DNA of 63,340 nt, filler included, from Olpidium bornovanus S191 (lineage: Eukaryota; Fungi; Olpidiomycota): NCBI GenBank assembly GCA_017911155.1. It is 26 parts of 26 records of this genome, joined end to end, with 100 filler letters (N's around TTAATTAATTAA, not from the genome) between each part and the next. Parts side by side here need not be neighbours in the genome. Positions count along the whole stretch, not along the records: positions 33,943 to 36,204 come from JAEFCI010001949.1; positions 36,305 to 37,396 come from JAEFCI010006097.1; positions 37,497 to 39,970 come from JAEFCI010006133.1; positions 40,071 to 41,589 come from JAEFCI010009499.1; positions 41,690 to 42,994 come from JAEFCI010012789.1; positions 43,095 to 46,197 come from JAEFCI010004923.1; 20 more parts are not named here. One strand, 5' to 3'. The position numbers were made by a program, and so were the translations under genes. The notes beneath the pieces are model-generated. The model searched no databases and was not told the origin of the DNA. It saw nothing but the letters and a program-made list of their open reading frames with translations. Shown here one piece after another: positions 33,978-45,559 of the stretch (within the stretch, counting starts at the first letter, position 1; each line of letters starts with the position of its first letter).

Positions 33978-35787
33978 CTCTCCCCAGCCCCGTCGACCCG
34001 GCATCCACGCTTCGATGTCGTATTTCCGATATGCGCTCGCTCCCAGCTCTTCGGTCGGCATGTCCAGTACGCTGTGCCGCGGGGAATTAAAGATAACAAA
34101 ACCAGTTAATCATGATCAGCACGCCCCTTACTAAAATCGAGCGACTCTTTTCCGACAGAGACACGCTGAAACGCCAAAAAAAACGCCCTCCTCACCGGTA
34201 CCGCAGCCCAAGTCCCCGCATGATGTCCTCTTGGAGCTCCCTGATCTCCTCGAGGAGGGCTTCACTCTGGTGGGGAAGGCAGGCGGCGTACAACTCGACC
34301 TTCGAGAACTGGTGCACGCGGTACAGGCTCTGGGTTTCCTGGGCCTCGGCACGGTAGGCGCGGCCGAACGCGACGAAGCGCATCGGTGCGTCGTTCTCGC
34401 GCCAGATCCGGTCGCAAACCAAGCCCGAGAGGGGGATTTCTGCCGTCGCCGATAGGTATCGCGTGACGGGGCCGTGGGGCCTGCCGCCGACGGCAGGGCA
34501 AGCGGAGGGAGGAGCAGGAGATGAACGAGCGGTCCCGGTCTGCGAGTCCGTGTCGAGCCTGTTGCGCTCGTGGTTGACGACCTCGTAGTTCTGGCTCGCG
34601 ATGTCGCCCTCGCGCGGCGCGAATCCGCAGCCGCGCACCATGTCTGCGCGCACAATGTCCGGTGTGATGACGGGCGTCCAGCCCCTGGCCACCGCGCAGG
34701 ATATGCCGTACTGGATCAGCGCCGTTTCCAGCAGCGCTCCCGCGTTTTTGAGGTAGTACATGTGAGAGCCAGATGCCGTGACGGCCGAGTCAAAGTCGAG
34801 GCAGTCCAGGTTCTGAAGGATGGCGACATGATCGAGCGCCGGACGGACGGACGGTGCGGCCTGGACAGAGAAGGATGGTGCCGACGGCGGAGGGTATGTG
34901 CTATGCAGGCCGTCGTCGGCCGTGATGACGCGCGCCATGCACTCGTTGCCGATGGGCGCGTCCGGGTGGACGAGATTTGGGAAGTCGGAAACAGCTTCCG
35001 TCATCGCGTCCTCCAGCTCTTCAAGCTCGGCCTCCACTTGCTGAAGCTCCGTCTTAAGAGCCTTACCCCTTTCGAACAGCCGCTCTAGTTGCTCTTTCAA
35101 TTTCAAGACTTCAGCGCTCTCCTCTTCCTCTTGTCCGGGCTGATCTCCGACTCCAGAGCCGGTACCCGCCTTCTTCATCGCCTTCGCCAGCTCGGCGCCC
35201 TCCTTCCGGACGACACCTCGCTGTTGCCCGATCTGGTTTGTCCGGGTACGCAAAGCCCGCACCCTGTCGTGCAACTCCAACACCCTGTCGACAGCGGCGT
35301 TTGGCACCTGCACATTCCGGAGCTGTATGCTCCGCCGAATCTTTTCGGCGTTCTCGCGGATCAGGTCGAAGTCATACAAGGGGCGGTAAACGAACGACGG
35401 CGTCTTTACATCAGGTAGGCTGGAGGGGCGGTCCACGGACGACTGCGTCTCCACACCAGGCAGGCTGGAGGTATCAAACGGGGCAGCAGCCGCCGTCGAG
35501 CAGCAGCAGCAGGGGCTGCTGCTGCTGCAGCGGTGCGGACGCTGACGGCCTCGCGCCGCCGTCGAGAGCTCTTGGGGAAAGGGGCGAGAAGCCGCGGCGG
35601 GGTGCACGGCCTGCCAAGCAACCGAACGGGCGGAAGGCACGGCCGAGAGGCGCTCGGCGCCGAGCGCACTCGCGTATGCCGCGGCCCTTCTCGGCAACGG
35701 CGGACGTGGCGGTCGCAGAAGGTTGCCGACGGGGCGAAGAAAACCGGCCGCGGTGCGCGAACACGAAGTCGAAGCGCATGCTGCCAT
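33978..35787 (-). CDS. DIA4: Mitochondrial-type seryl-tRNA synthetase (3' truncated)
   Basis: Coiled-coil arm, [62 protein letters not shown]...[12 protein letters not shown]. Next exon (34071-33978): [26 protein letters not shown]. Confidence 0.93.
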
Positions 35788-36304
35788 GAGCGTGCTCCGC
35801 CGCGCGCAACAGGGAATGTCTCACAAGGGCTCCCTGCCGAGGAAAGCGCGTCCGTGCGCGGTCCACCGCCGCCGTGCGCGGGGATGCAAACGCGCTCCAA
35901 GCCCCGTGCTCCGGACGGTCTTTTGCTCGGTCCCAAGGCGTGGGAATGGCGGCGACGGCTCTGCCTGGAAACGAGGAAACGCCCGTCGGCGGAAGTGAAT
36001 TGCAGAAGACCCAATTTGTCCGACCGAATCACGTGACCACAAAAGCCGCCTGGGAGGGGGGCCACGTGATGGAGCTCGCCGTGCATGGGGATGGCGCACA
36101 CGGAACGCACCGGCACATTTCTTTGCTCCAGGCGCCAGAAACGGACACCTCAATGTCCTCCCCCGCTCCGAAGCGTCCGGCGCCGGGTTTCCTGGAGAAC
36201 GACCNNNNNNNNNNNNNNNNNNNNNNNNNNNNNNNNNNNNNNNNNNNNTTAATTAATTAANNNNNNNNNNNNNNNNNNNNNNNNNNNNNNNNNNNNNNNN
36301 NNNN

Positions 36305-37205
36305 CATGAAGTAGAGCCCGAAGAACTCCTTGTTCACGTACAACCGCACGTGCGTCCCCCGCTGGGCCGGGATGCCGAGAGAGCTCACGATATCGGTGTA
36401 TATGCGCTCCCGGAGGAACGAGGGATCGACGCAGGCCGCCCGGAACTTCAGGTGGCTGTGGCCCTCGAGCTTGTCTGCCGCGCGAAATTTCAACGACAGC
36501 TGCTGCTTACGGAACAGCCTGCTGCTCTTCCCGGACACCGAGAAGACTCCCTTTTTGACGAAAATCCGGTCCTGGCTGCCAAGACGCACGGGGGGAGGGC
36601 GGGGGGAGGGCGGGGGGAGGGCGGTGGGAGGGCGGGGGGTGTTTGGAGAGCGTACGTGAATGGCATGTGACAGAAGCCGTTTTTTTTGTTTCTCCGTTGG
36701 GATTGGGCGGCCGTTCGGAAACGGCACGGGGCGGCAGCACAAGGGTGTTCTTACGCGACAAACGTAACATCTGCGGGAATTTTCCGTTGGCCGCGCACGT
36801 AGACGTCTTGCACAGCGACTCCCGGGAGGGTAACGTGGACAGTCGGCACGTATGAGACGCTTAACAGGGGGTCGGCGGAACCGTGCGGCCACGGGTCGTA
36901 AGCCTGCGGCAGCGGCGGGATGGAGGCAACCGTCTTCGAGCGGCCAAAGACTTCGTTGGGCGTTTCGGACTTCCAGGACGGGCGAAGGGTGCGCTGGAAC
37001 TCCTCCTCGAAGACGACGTCGCCCGACCCGTCGATGATCACGTAGTTGTACGTGTCCCCCGGCTCGGCGTCGGCGTCACCGGACCACACGGTGTCGTCGC
37101 TTCCGGCCGAAAGCGGAGTGACCTTGCCGCGGTCGCCGCCGACCCTGACCGCGGCTCTTTCGCCATCGGCGGGGAAGCTGACAACCCTGAACCTCGTTGC
37201 GGATG
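36305..37205 (-). CDS. CotH-family protein (spore-coat kinase / invasin-like), internal fragment
   Basis: Exon 37205-36755: RFRVVSFP...VWSG...YNYVIID...EEEFQRTL...TPNEVFGRS. Exon 36575-36305: FSVSGKSSRLFRKQQLSLKF...LKFRAACVDPSFLRERIYTDI...HVRLYVNKEFFGLY. Confidence 0.88.
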
Positions 37206-37295
37206 CTGAACATTACGCAAGTGCGAAGCGGGGAGGCGGCCCGGTCGGGGATGACGCGTTTCAAGAAGGGTGCGGGGGTCACTTCCGGGACAAAC

Positions 37296-37328
<33 letters not shown>

Positions 37329-37496
37329 CCGTCGCGCGCGCGCGGTAAAACTTTTGGGGCGGCGGGACAGGGTCGGGGGGGGGGGGGGGGGGGGCGNNNN
37401 NNNNNNNNNNNNNNNNNNNNNNNNNNNNNNNNNNNNNNNNTTAATTAATTAANNNNNNNNNNNNNNNNNNNNNNNNNNNNNNNNNNNNNNNNNNNN

Positions 37497-38261
37497 CATG
37501 GCCCCCGGCGGGTTGCTGGATGTCCGCACCGACGGGCCGCCGAGTGCGGCGCATCACAATGGGCCACATCATTCTTTGACGCCAGTTTGCTGGGGATCAG
37601 GACTGCTCGACGGAAAGGGGTTCGCTCGACTTGGTTTGATCCCGGGACCCCTTCGACTGCTCGACTGCCGCGGGAAACGTCTAGCGAAAGCCTCTCGAGT
37701 CGCCGTCTGTAACCGTTCTGACCACGTGTTATGTCTGTTTTTCACTCGACCATCCAGAGTTTGCACTCTGTCCGATTACCTCTTGGTTGTCCCCGTCACC
37801 GTTGTAGTGCGGGCCACCACTCGTTTCGATTGATCTCCCCAGGCCGGCTGGAAGCTCAAAGCAAGCCCGTCCCTGAAATTTGTCCGTCGTTCTGACTCAA
37901 CTGGCCCAGCACGTCCGTCGGTCAGGATCGTTATTCCGGAGGGTCCCCGGATGCGCGTGATTGATTCGATGCCTGTGGTCGTCCCAGCCGGAGTCGGTCG
38001 ATGCCTTCGTTCGTATCTCGTTGCACGTCGATGGTTACTGAAACCATGTGCTCTGTCGTCTCCATTGACCCCTTCCGTCATGTCACTGCCTGCGGATGTC
38101 GCCCTTGTGCCCCCGTCGTCGCTTCTCACACTTGCAGTTGTTGTCGATCGAGCCTTTCGCTTTTCGTTCCGGTGCACGTCGATAGTCTTCCACCCCCAAC
38201 TACCTGTGCCGATCAATTAGTTTCGCCGTTGTCCCGGCCATCACGCCGACCGCTTGCACCA
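37497..38261 (-). mobile_element. Degenerate retroelement gag-like region preceded by a PBS-like 16-mer
   Basis: The minus strand reads TGGTGCAAGCGGTCGG at 38261-38246, the complement of a tRNA-like 3' end (CCGAC-CGCTTGC-A-CCA). Broken frames downstream contain TWSERLQTATREAFARRFP and a knuckle-like HCDAPHSAARRC. Confidence 0.4.
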
Positions 38262-38553
38262 GTCGCCTATGCCCGTGCCGTCGCGCGTCGTCGTTTGCCG
38301 CTTCACAACCTGCCCTGTCTTGCGGTTGCCCAGGCCCTCGCATCGATTGCCCGGTTTGTCGCATCGATTGCCCACCTCTGTCGCACTTTGTATGGTTCGC
38401 CCGGTTCAATGATTGCTCTTTCAAGGATTGATTCCCTCTCTGCTAGTACGCTTTTCCCCCCCGGGCAAGAATCAGGAAGACGGGCTGGGTTTTTGGTGCG
38501 GCTAGCTTTCCTTTTTGACCATTCGATTTCACACGGGATGTGCTTCTCCGTAT

Positions 38554-38638
38554 AGGGGGGGGGATTGTAGTGGATCGATTGTACCACAATACATATATAT
38601 ATATCCCTGGATCGAGGGTAACCCCAAAATATACAACC
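38554..38638 (+). mobile_element. Polypurine tract and start of a 3' LTR (interrupted by the solo LTR)
   Basis: A-G9-A at 38554-38564, one T, then TGTAG at 38566. This is the canonical PPT/LTR junction. Confidence 0.55.
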
Positions 38639-39198
38639 TGTCACAGCGCGCGCTCTTTGCCTTTGTACACATTCATCCGTACTGCGCACATTTGTCCGCA
38701 CCGGACGATATGCGGCGTGCAGTGCCTCCCTGCTCCGGCCGAACGCCCGGGTGAGGCGCCACACACACGCACACACATCGCGCTGCAGGGTGCGTGCCCA
38801 CACCGTCTTCCCATCTGGTGTGGCTAGTCCCCCCCCCCCTTTTGGCACATGGCAGCCCCACGCACGGGGGCCCACACACTCGGTGTGCCCATGCAGGGCA
38901 GCCCACATGCTCGGTACACCCGCATGGAACTGCCTCATCGGATTCCCGCGCCGCAAAACACATCTGTGCGCACGGCGCGCCCCACACGACACGCCCCCAT
39001 ACGATGCGGGCGCGGTTGCGTTCGCACCCGCGCTATGTGTTTATAAGGCGTGCCTCCGCGTCCTAGAAGCTAGATCTATAATCCAACATAATTCCCAGAT
39101 CCAGACCTTAACTTGACCTCGAGCTAGACTTAGTTCTTTCCAGATCATCGTCATCCAGATAACGCCGTAGGCGTATGACAATAAAGAACTTTGTTACA
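38639..39198 (+). mobile_element. Solo LTR (560 bp) with 5-bp target-site duplication CAACC
   Basis: Starts TGTCAC and ends GTTACA. CAACC lies at 38634-38638 and 39199-39203. TTTATAAG near 39041 and AATAAA at 39180-39185. Confidence 0.8.
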
Positions 39199-39779
39199 CA
39201 ACCGAACCTTCGACCTACCACACTCTGCTTGTCCCAAAGGCAGTCTTTCTCGGCGACCGCTGGGGTGCTAAGGTCAGGTGTCTGTTTTCTTCTTTTTTTC
39301 TTACTGTGCCTCGGCGGCAAGTTTGTTCAAACACACCAAATTATTCTCTGAACGCACTCGCCTCAGCGGCGAAGAAGATGGGCGTTCGAAACGTCGTGTT
39401 TTTCAGTTTTTTAAGACAAGGTCTCGCCTCGGCGGCGACGGGGTTTTCCTCGGCAGAGAGTGGGTTCGGGTGCGGGCGTACGTGTGTGTCGGATACGGCG
39501 GGTACAGCTTCGGCGTCAGAAAGCCACACGCGAACAGGGGTTGGGGGTGCTAAGCGTAATTTATTTTAATTACACAACCCTTGGCCGCGACACGTCGCCT
39601 TGCCTCCTTCCCCCTATTTTCCTTCTGAAGCACGCACTGCCTTCAACGGACACTCTCGGCACTCGCCGATAATTGGTGCCAGTCGGAGAAGTGACTCGCA
39701 GTCTCAGAGAATGCTTCTGAGTGGAGTGACGGCACCGCCCGAGCTTTAACTCGACGCCGCTCCCCTTCCAGTGCCCCCT

Positions 39780-39970
39780 TGCCACAAATAGGGCTCAGCC
39801 GGCTTTTTCTTCCACAGCGTCCGATGCCCAATCGGAGTCGACAAATTTTGCAAAGCTGTCGTCGTCCGTGTAGGTGCTCCGCGCAGTCTGGCTGGTGGCG
39901 TGCCGATAGATGATGCCAAGGGTTTTGGTCCCTTTCAAGTAACCGTAGCTCTTGCTTCGTGCAGGCCATG
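39780..39970 (-). mobile_element. Ty1/copia RT-RNase H junction remnant
   Basis: Minus frame: GYLKGTKTLGIIYR...AKFVDSDWASDA, matching the copia YLKGT...DSDWAGD motifs. It degenerates immediately afterwards. Confidence 0.8.
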
Positions 39971-40070
39971 NNNNNNNNNNNNNNNNNNNNNNNNNNNNNN
40001 NNNNNNNNNNNNNNTTAATTAATTAANNNNNNNNNNNNNNNNNNNNNNNNNNNNNNNNNNNNNNNNNNNN

Positions 40071-40106
<36 letters not shown>

Positions 40107-40160
40107 AAAGAAAAAAGAAAAAAAAGCCCCGCCGCGGAACGCCCGAGCGCCGGCGCACAC

Positions 40161-40404
40161 CTTGATGGTCGTGAACGGGAAGGCGCCGGTCTTGGCGTTG
40201 GCGTCGGTGACGGCGTTGAGAAAGGACGACTTGCCCGCCGACGGCTTTCCGACGCAGGCGATCCTGCGCGCGGGCGGGGCGGGCGGGAGGACACGGTGAG
40301 CCGACGTGTTGGGCCGGCGGCGGCGGCGGGCAGGTGGAGCCGGCGAGGGGCGCGTCTCCCCGCCCCGGCGGCGTTTCCGGCGCCACGCACAGGAACTCTT
40401 TCAT
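40161..40404 (-). CDS. Obg-family GTPase (YGR210C-like), first two exons
   Basis: A 14-nt exon 40404-40391 plus exon 40263-40161 give [39 protein letters not shown] (G1 and G2 motifs). Confidence 0.9.
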
Positions 40405-40469
40405 GGCGGGAACGCCCTCCGGCAACGGCGGCTGGGGGGGGGGCAGCGGGGGGGGGTTTTTTTTTTTTT

Positions 40470-40515
<46 letters not shown>

Positions 40516-40624
40516 GGCCCACTGCTTCTTCGCGCACGGGACCCCCCGCGCGCGCCCAAGCGCGTCCTCTTCTTTCTCTCTCTCACACTCATCTCACTCT
40601 CTCTGCCTCTGCCCCGCAACAGGC

Positions 40625-41589
40625 ATGGGCAGCGGGCCTTCGGTCGTCGTCTCTTCGCCGTCCCGCCTTCCGCGAGGGTTCGCCTTGTTGGCGGCGGCGG
40701 CCGGCGCCCTCTTCGACGTCGCACCCTGGCAAACCGTCGCCCGGGCTCAACAGTATGCCATCGCAACCGCGATCGCGTGCCCGGTTCCGGGCCTCGTCGC
40801 TTCGACGCGCTCCGCCGCAACCGCGTACTGGGACGCGAACACGCTGACGTGCCGCAGCTGCGAACCTGGAATGGTCCTTGCGACGGCTCTGCAGCTTGCG
40901 GAGAGTACGTGCGGCTCGGGGCGAGTGCGGAGACTGAGGAGGCGGTGCCCCGCTGACTTTTCGCCAGCGGCGCAACAGCGGGGACGCCTTGCGTCTGCCA
41001 AGAAGGAACGTACCTTCCGGCAGGAGCAACCGGCTGCCAACCGTGTCCGCCCGGGCAGGTACCCCTGCGGTCGTCCCCGTGTCGATCTTCTGTCGCACGG
41101 CGGTCGCCAGTCCTCATCTGCTCCCCGTCTGCTTGTGGTTAGGCTCCGTCTCTGGATCGTACGACGTGCCTGGGCTGTCCCGGCAACGGCGTCACTGTAC
41201 TTGACGCTTCAATCCAGGCTTGCGGGTGCGCCTCGCGCGCCCGGCTAAGTAGGTTCCTCGGCGATCTCTGAAAAAGTGGCGGGTTTCAGGCTGCCTAACG
41301 TTCCTACTGATATAGTCGACAGGAACGAGACCACCTTAAGCCATTTGTCAACCTACGCCTGCGTGACCTGTGCTCGAGGGGAATACCCTTCGTCGGATTA
41401 CCGCGAGTGCATTTCTTGTCCTGATCCCCTGAAGATGATTGCGACCGTTGACTCCTCCGGAGCATACACATGTCAATGTGACACGACGCAGGGGTACAGC
41501 GCCAATCAGGTACTTTGCGCACCTCGGTAGTGCAGACTGGCCTGACCGGCAATCCCTGACGTTTGGATCAATACGGTTGTCTAGTTAGG
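40625..41589 (+). CDS. TMEM67: Meckelin (ciliary transition-zone receptor), N-terminal cysteine-rich domain; 3' truncated
   Basis: Signal peptide, then YWDANTLTCRSCEPG, CVCQEG...CQPCPPG, SLDRTTCLGCP, IVDRNETTLSHLSTYACVTC...DYRECISCPDP...CQC. The cysteine spacing matches MKS3/TMEM67. Confidence 0.75.
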
Positions 41590-41969
41590 NNNNNNNNNNN
41601 NNNNNNNNNNNNNNNNNNNNNNNNNNNNNNNNNTTAATTAATTAANNNNNNNNNNNNNNNNNNNNNNNNNNNNNNNNNNNNNNNNNNNNGAGGACGCGAG
41701 GACGCGGCTGAGGGAGGGAGGGGAGGGGGGAAACGACGGGGCCGAGCGCGGGTTTTTTATTCCGCGGGGGCTCCGGAGGGGCGCGGGGGCGGCGGGTGAG
41801 CGAAGAACGCGGCTACGGAGGCGATCGCGTCGTCGGGTTCCGGCGGAAAGGGGCAGGGGTGAGGGGGGGAAAAGGGAGAAAGGGGGCAATGGGAAGGAAA
41901 ATCCCCCCCCCCCCCCCCCCCCCCCCCTTTTCTTTTTTTTTTTTTTTTTTTTTTTTTTTTGGTTCTGAC

Positions 41970-42347
41970 CTTATTGATGCCGTAGCCTCGCCGCCGCCGC
42001 GAGTCCTTGTCATCGGCCTCCGCGCCGGAGAGGCCGTGGCCAGGGTCGACACGGAGACTGCTGCACACGCCTTTCACGCCTCCCCAGCGGACAAGCTGCT
42101 CCTTGACTTTCGCCGGAGGCGTGACCGTGAAGTCCATCAGTCCGACAAGCCCGTCCGAAGAAAGCGGGAAGCGCTCGGCATCGTCGTCTGCGCCGCCGCC
42201 GGCGGGGCCGCCGTCGCGCGGGTGGACGACGACGTCGTTCAGGCGGCCGGTCGACAGGGCCTCCTCCTTGTGGGAAGTTTCCAGCGTCGCGGCCGAGTCG
42301 TCGACGTCCCACTTGTCCGCCCCCTCGCCCTTGCGGGGGGGGGTCAT
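41970..42347 (-). CDS. P-type cation (probably PMCA/PMC1-like Ca2+) ATPase, N-terminal exon
   Basis: FPLSSDGLVGLMD...LVRWGGVKGVCSSLRVDPGHGLS...SRRRRGYGINK, then a GTCAGA donor. Matches the Cation_ATPase_N pattern GGVxGL..L.tD...GL......RR..FG.N. Confidence 0.75.
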
Positions 42348-42684
42348 TCTCTGTCTTTTTTTTTTTTTTTTTTTTTTGTTTCTTAGAGCACGGGGGAAGG
42401 GGCAGGGGGCGTGACCGAGAGAGGACCAACCCGCGCTCCCGGACCGGCTGCGCGCGTGTCCCGCGGGGCGTTTAGGGGGCCTCACTCTCTCGTTCTCTTT
42501 TACCTCGGTTTCGCGGTTGGGGGGAGGGGGGAGGCGGGGGGGGGAAAGAGGGGGAGGGAGGGAGGAGGAGGAAGGGAAGCCCGGGAGAGGAACGAAGAAA
42601 AAAAAAAGGAAAGAAAGAAAGGGGGGGGGGGGGGGGGGGGGGGGGGGAAGGGGGGGGGCCCCCCCCCTTATGGGAAAAAAAAAC

Positions 42685-42724
<40 letters not shown>

Positions 42725-43094
42725 TTTCTCGGCCGGCCGAGGATTCCCCTCCCGTCAATTTTTTTTTTTTTTGTTTTCTTTTTTCTTTTCCGTTCCTTTT
42801 TTTTTTTTTTCCGGACGATATCAACGCATCACAGCAACGTGAGAAAGAGAGACAGGGAGACAGGCGAGAGAGAGAGAGAAAAAAGCAAAAAAAAAAAAAT
42901 CTTCTCTAGCTCTCTTTCTTTCCGCCTCCTCTTTTCCGTTTTCCGTTTCGCGTCTGATCCATCGCCCGCCTCTCTTTTCCCCCGTACTCTCCCCNNNNNN
43001 NNNNNNNNNNNNNNNNNNNNNNNNNNNNNNNNNNNNNNTTAATTAATTAANNNNNNNNNNNNNNNNNNNNNNNNNNNNNNNNNNNNNNNNNNNN

Positions 43095-44465
43095 CATGCA
43101 TCAAGGAAGTCCTCGACGCGCCGGGTGTCATCCAGGCGACAAACCGACCGACCGGGAACGCAGAAAAACAGACACCAACGTTCCTCCGCCAGCAAAGGAT
43201 ATCTTATTTCTCTCAATGACGATGTCGTGCCGGTCGCTCACTTCCGCAGGCACTTCCAGCTGATGCAAAGCGCGTACTACCAGCTCGGCGTTGGCTCTCC
43301 GGACGAATGCATCCCGCGGCACGTGTATGCTGTAGTTCGTGTTGCCGCCGTCCTGAAAACGCGAAATCGCAGTAGAAACGGCGGGTCGGATACATTGTGG
43401 AGGAGCCCGAACGGGAGTCCAGCGGCGCCACGCCAAACTGTAAGCGAAGGGCAACCTCAGCCGCGGCGGTCCGGACGGGCGTCGAAAATTCATCGAATCG
43501 GGTCTCCCTACGTGGTACACGGTCCCTCCTCCGCTTCGTCTTCGCACTAGAGGTACGTTGTCGGCGCGCATCTTGCTTAGGTCGCATTCTTTCCAGGGGT
43601 TCTGAAAACGCCGAGAATGGTCAAGTCACGAAGTTGGCCTAGGCCGCTCGGCGCCGTGTAAAAAAATAAAACACCTCGATCACTTTCGAAGGCGCTTCGC
43701 CAACCTGGTTTCGCCCGATTACTACACAGGAACGATTTCGATAAAGAAACAGTACGTAGGACGAAGGTTCAGCCTTCCGGAATAGCCTGCGTACGACGGC
43801 GGATTGATGAATAGCAAAAATCAGCACGCGCAGCAAGACGTCGTTGCCGTCGCGTAGGCCGGCGTATCGGATGACGATGATAGAGAACAACCACGGACTT
43901 CGATCAACGTTTACCATTCTTCCACCGCGAGATTTGTCCAAGGATCGGTACATGTAGAGACGTAGACAGCCGTACACCCTGGAACCGTCGGCAGCTGAGG
44001 GACCGCAGCTGGCGCGCCCGCACTGCTCGAAGTAAACGGGCGCACTTGCAGTGCGGCTCTCAACTGCGAAAACGCGGCGGGTGCTTTGGGGGATGAGAAG
44101 AGTTGCGAACGAGAGCGAGAAGAAAGGCTCGCCATCGCCAAATTGGACGGCGCACCTCGGGGCGCCCCCTGCGGCATGCGCGCGGGCCGAAGGGAAAGGC
44201 ACGCGGCTCCGGTGGTCCGAACGCAAGCGGCAGTTACGGTTCCGGCTGAGGATGACAGCGGGGGTCGGCGCGCGCCCCGGCCGGATAAATGTTCTGCGGC
44301 CGACGGCGCCACGGCGGAAGGCTGCCGGGGGGAGCGCGGCCGAAACCGGCGGTTGCCTTCACGGGGCCGGCGCAGAGAAGCGCTTGACCTCCACTGCGCG
44401 GCCGCACGGCTCCGGGAACACCACGCGCGCGCCGCAGGCGTGGCGGAGGCTGCCGCCAACCTCAT
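43095..44465 (-). CDS. AIM22: Mitochondrial lipoate-protein ligase / lipoyltransferase (LplA family), multi-exon, 3' truncated
   Basis: Presequence, then [15 protein letters not shown] / [16 protein letters not shown] / NPWKECDL...[13 protein letters not shown] / GNTNYS...NAELVVRAL...VSDRHDIVI. Confidence 0.92.
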
Positions 44466-45559
44466 GGCGGCCGGGGCGGCGCGCGGGGACCGGTTGTTGC
44501 GATTTCCCGAACGGGATTTCTCCACCCTGGGCCTGCTCGGATGCGCCTGGTTTTCCTAGAAAGAAAGGCCGCGCGTCCGACGCCGGCAGACGAGCTTATA
44601 CACTCTCCCCCACTTGTTCTCCAGTCGCAACTTCCGATCGAAGAAGACGGCGTCGGTCGGTCCTTTTCACAAGCAGAAGCACCCAACGTGACTGGGACTG
44701 CTGCAGATTTGCAGCTCCGGCCAGACCGGGAGTTGGCCAACTCTCTTGTACCCCTTCCCGTTTTGCTTGGCAGTTGTCGCTGCATCAGAGTTCATAAACG
44801 GCCACGTCGTCGTCCCAATTCCTGCTGCATTCTTGTCTGCTTGCGTCTCGCGCGGATCTTTCCAACGGTCTGCCCATCGCGAAGTAGAAGGGCGCACAAA
44901 GCCTCTTCCCGCATGCTGCTTCACGAAAGCCACTCAGGCGTCGCATGTTCGTACGCCAAAAAAAAATCCCTTAAGTTTCATGGGAGGTTCGCGGGGCGCC
45001 CGCGTGACCGGTTGCAGGGCCCGCGATCGACCGACCGTCGCGGGCCGAACGATGCGCACAAACAGGCAAGAACGAACGGGCCCGAACGGAGGGGAATTCG
45101 CAGCGCAAGCGAGTGCGCGGCCAAACCGCGTCAACACTGTAGAGCGGTCAAACAGCGTTTGGAACTTGGTTCGACGGCATAGAAGAAACGGAGAACGATT
45201 CGTACGAAACGAGATGCCGCGGAGCAGAAAGCCGGAACGATACGCGAGAGAAAACACGGCTCGTGTACGCCGTCGGTCGCTCCAGTGCGAACCCGACTGG
45301 TCGATGCCACGTGCGGGTTAACTACGTATCTCACAGGGACCACCCCGGCGTATCGAACTTGCTTTGCTACACTTTTGTGAGTTTCGCTCCCTCGAGATAG
45401 CGCCAGGTTACAGTAGTACTCACCGTAAAAAGGTCAATCGCGCCCGAGTGTCAACTCGGATGGAATTCCGGGCGACCTCGACGTGGGCAAAAGGTATCCA
45501 GGTGCCGGATGTGCAACTAGACAAGTTGACAGGGCTGACAGAAGAACACCGCAGCTGTG

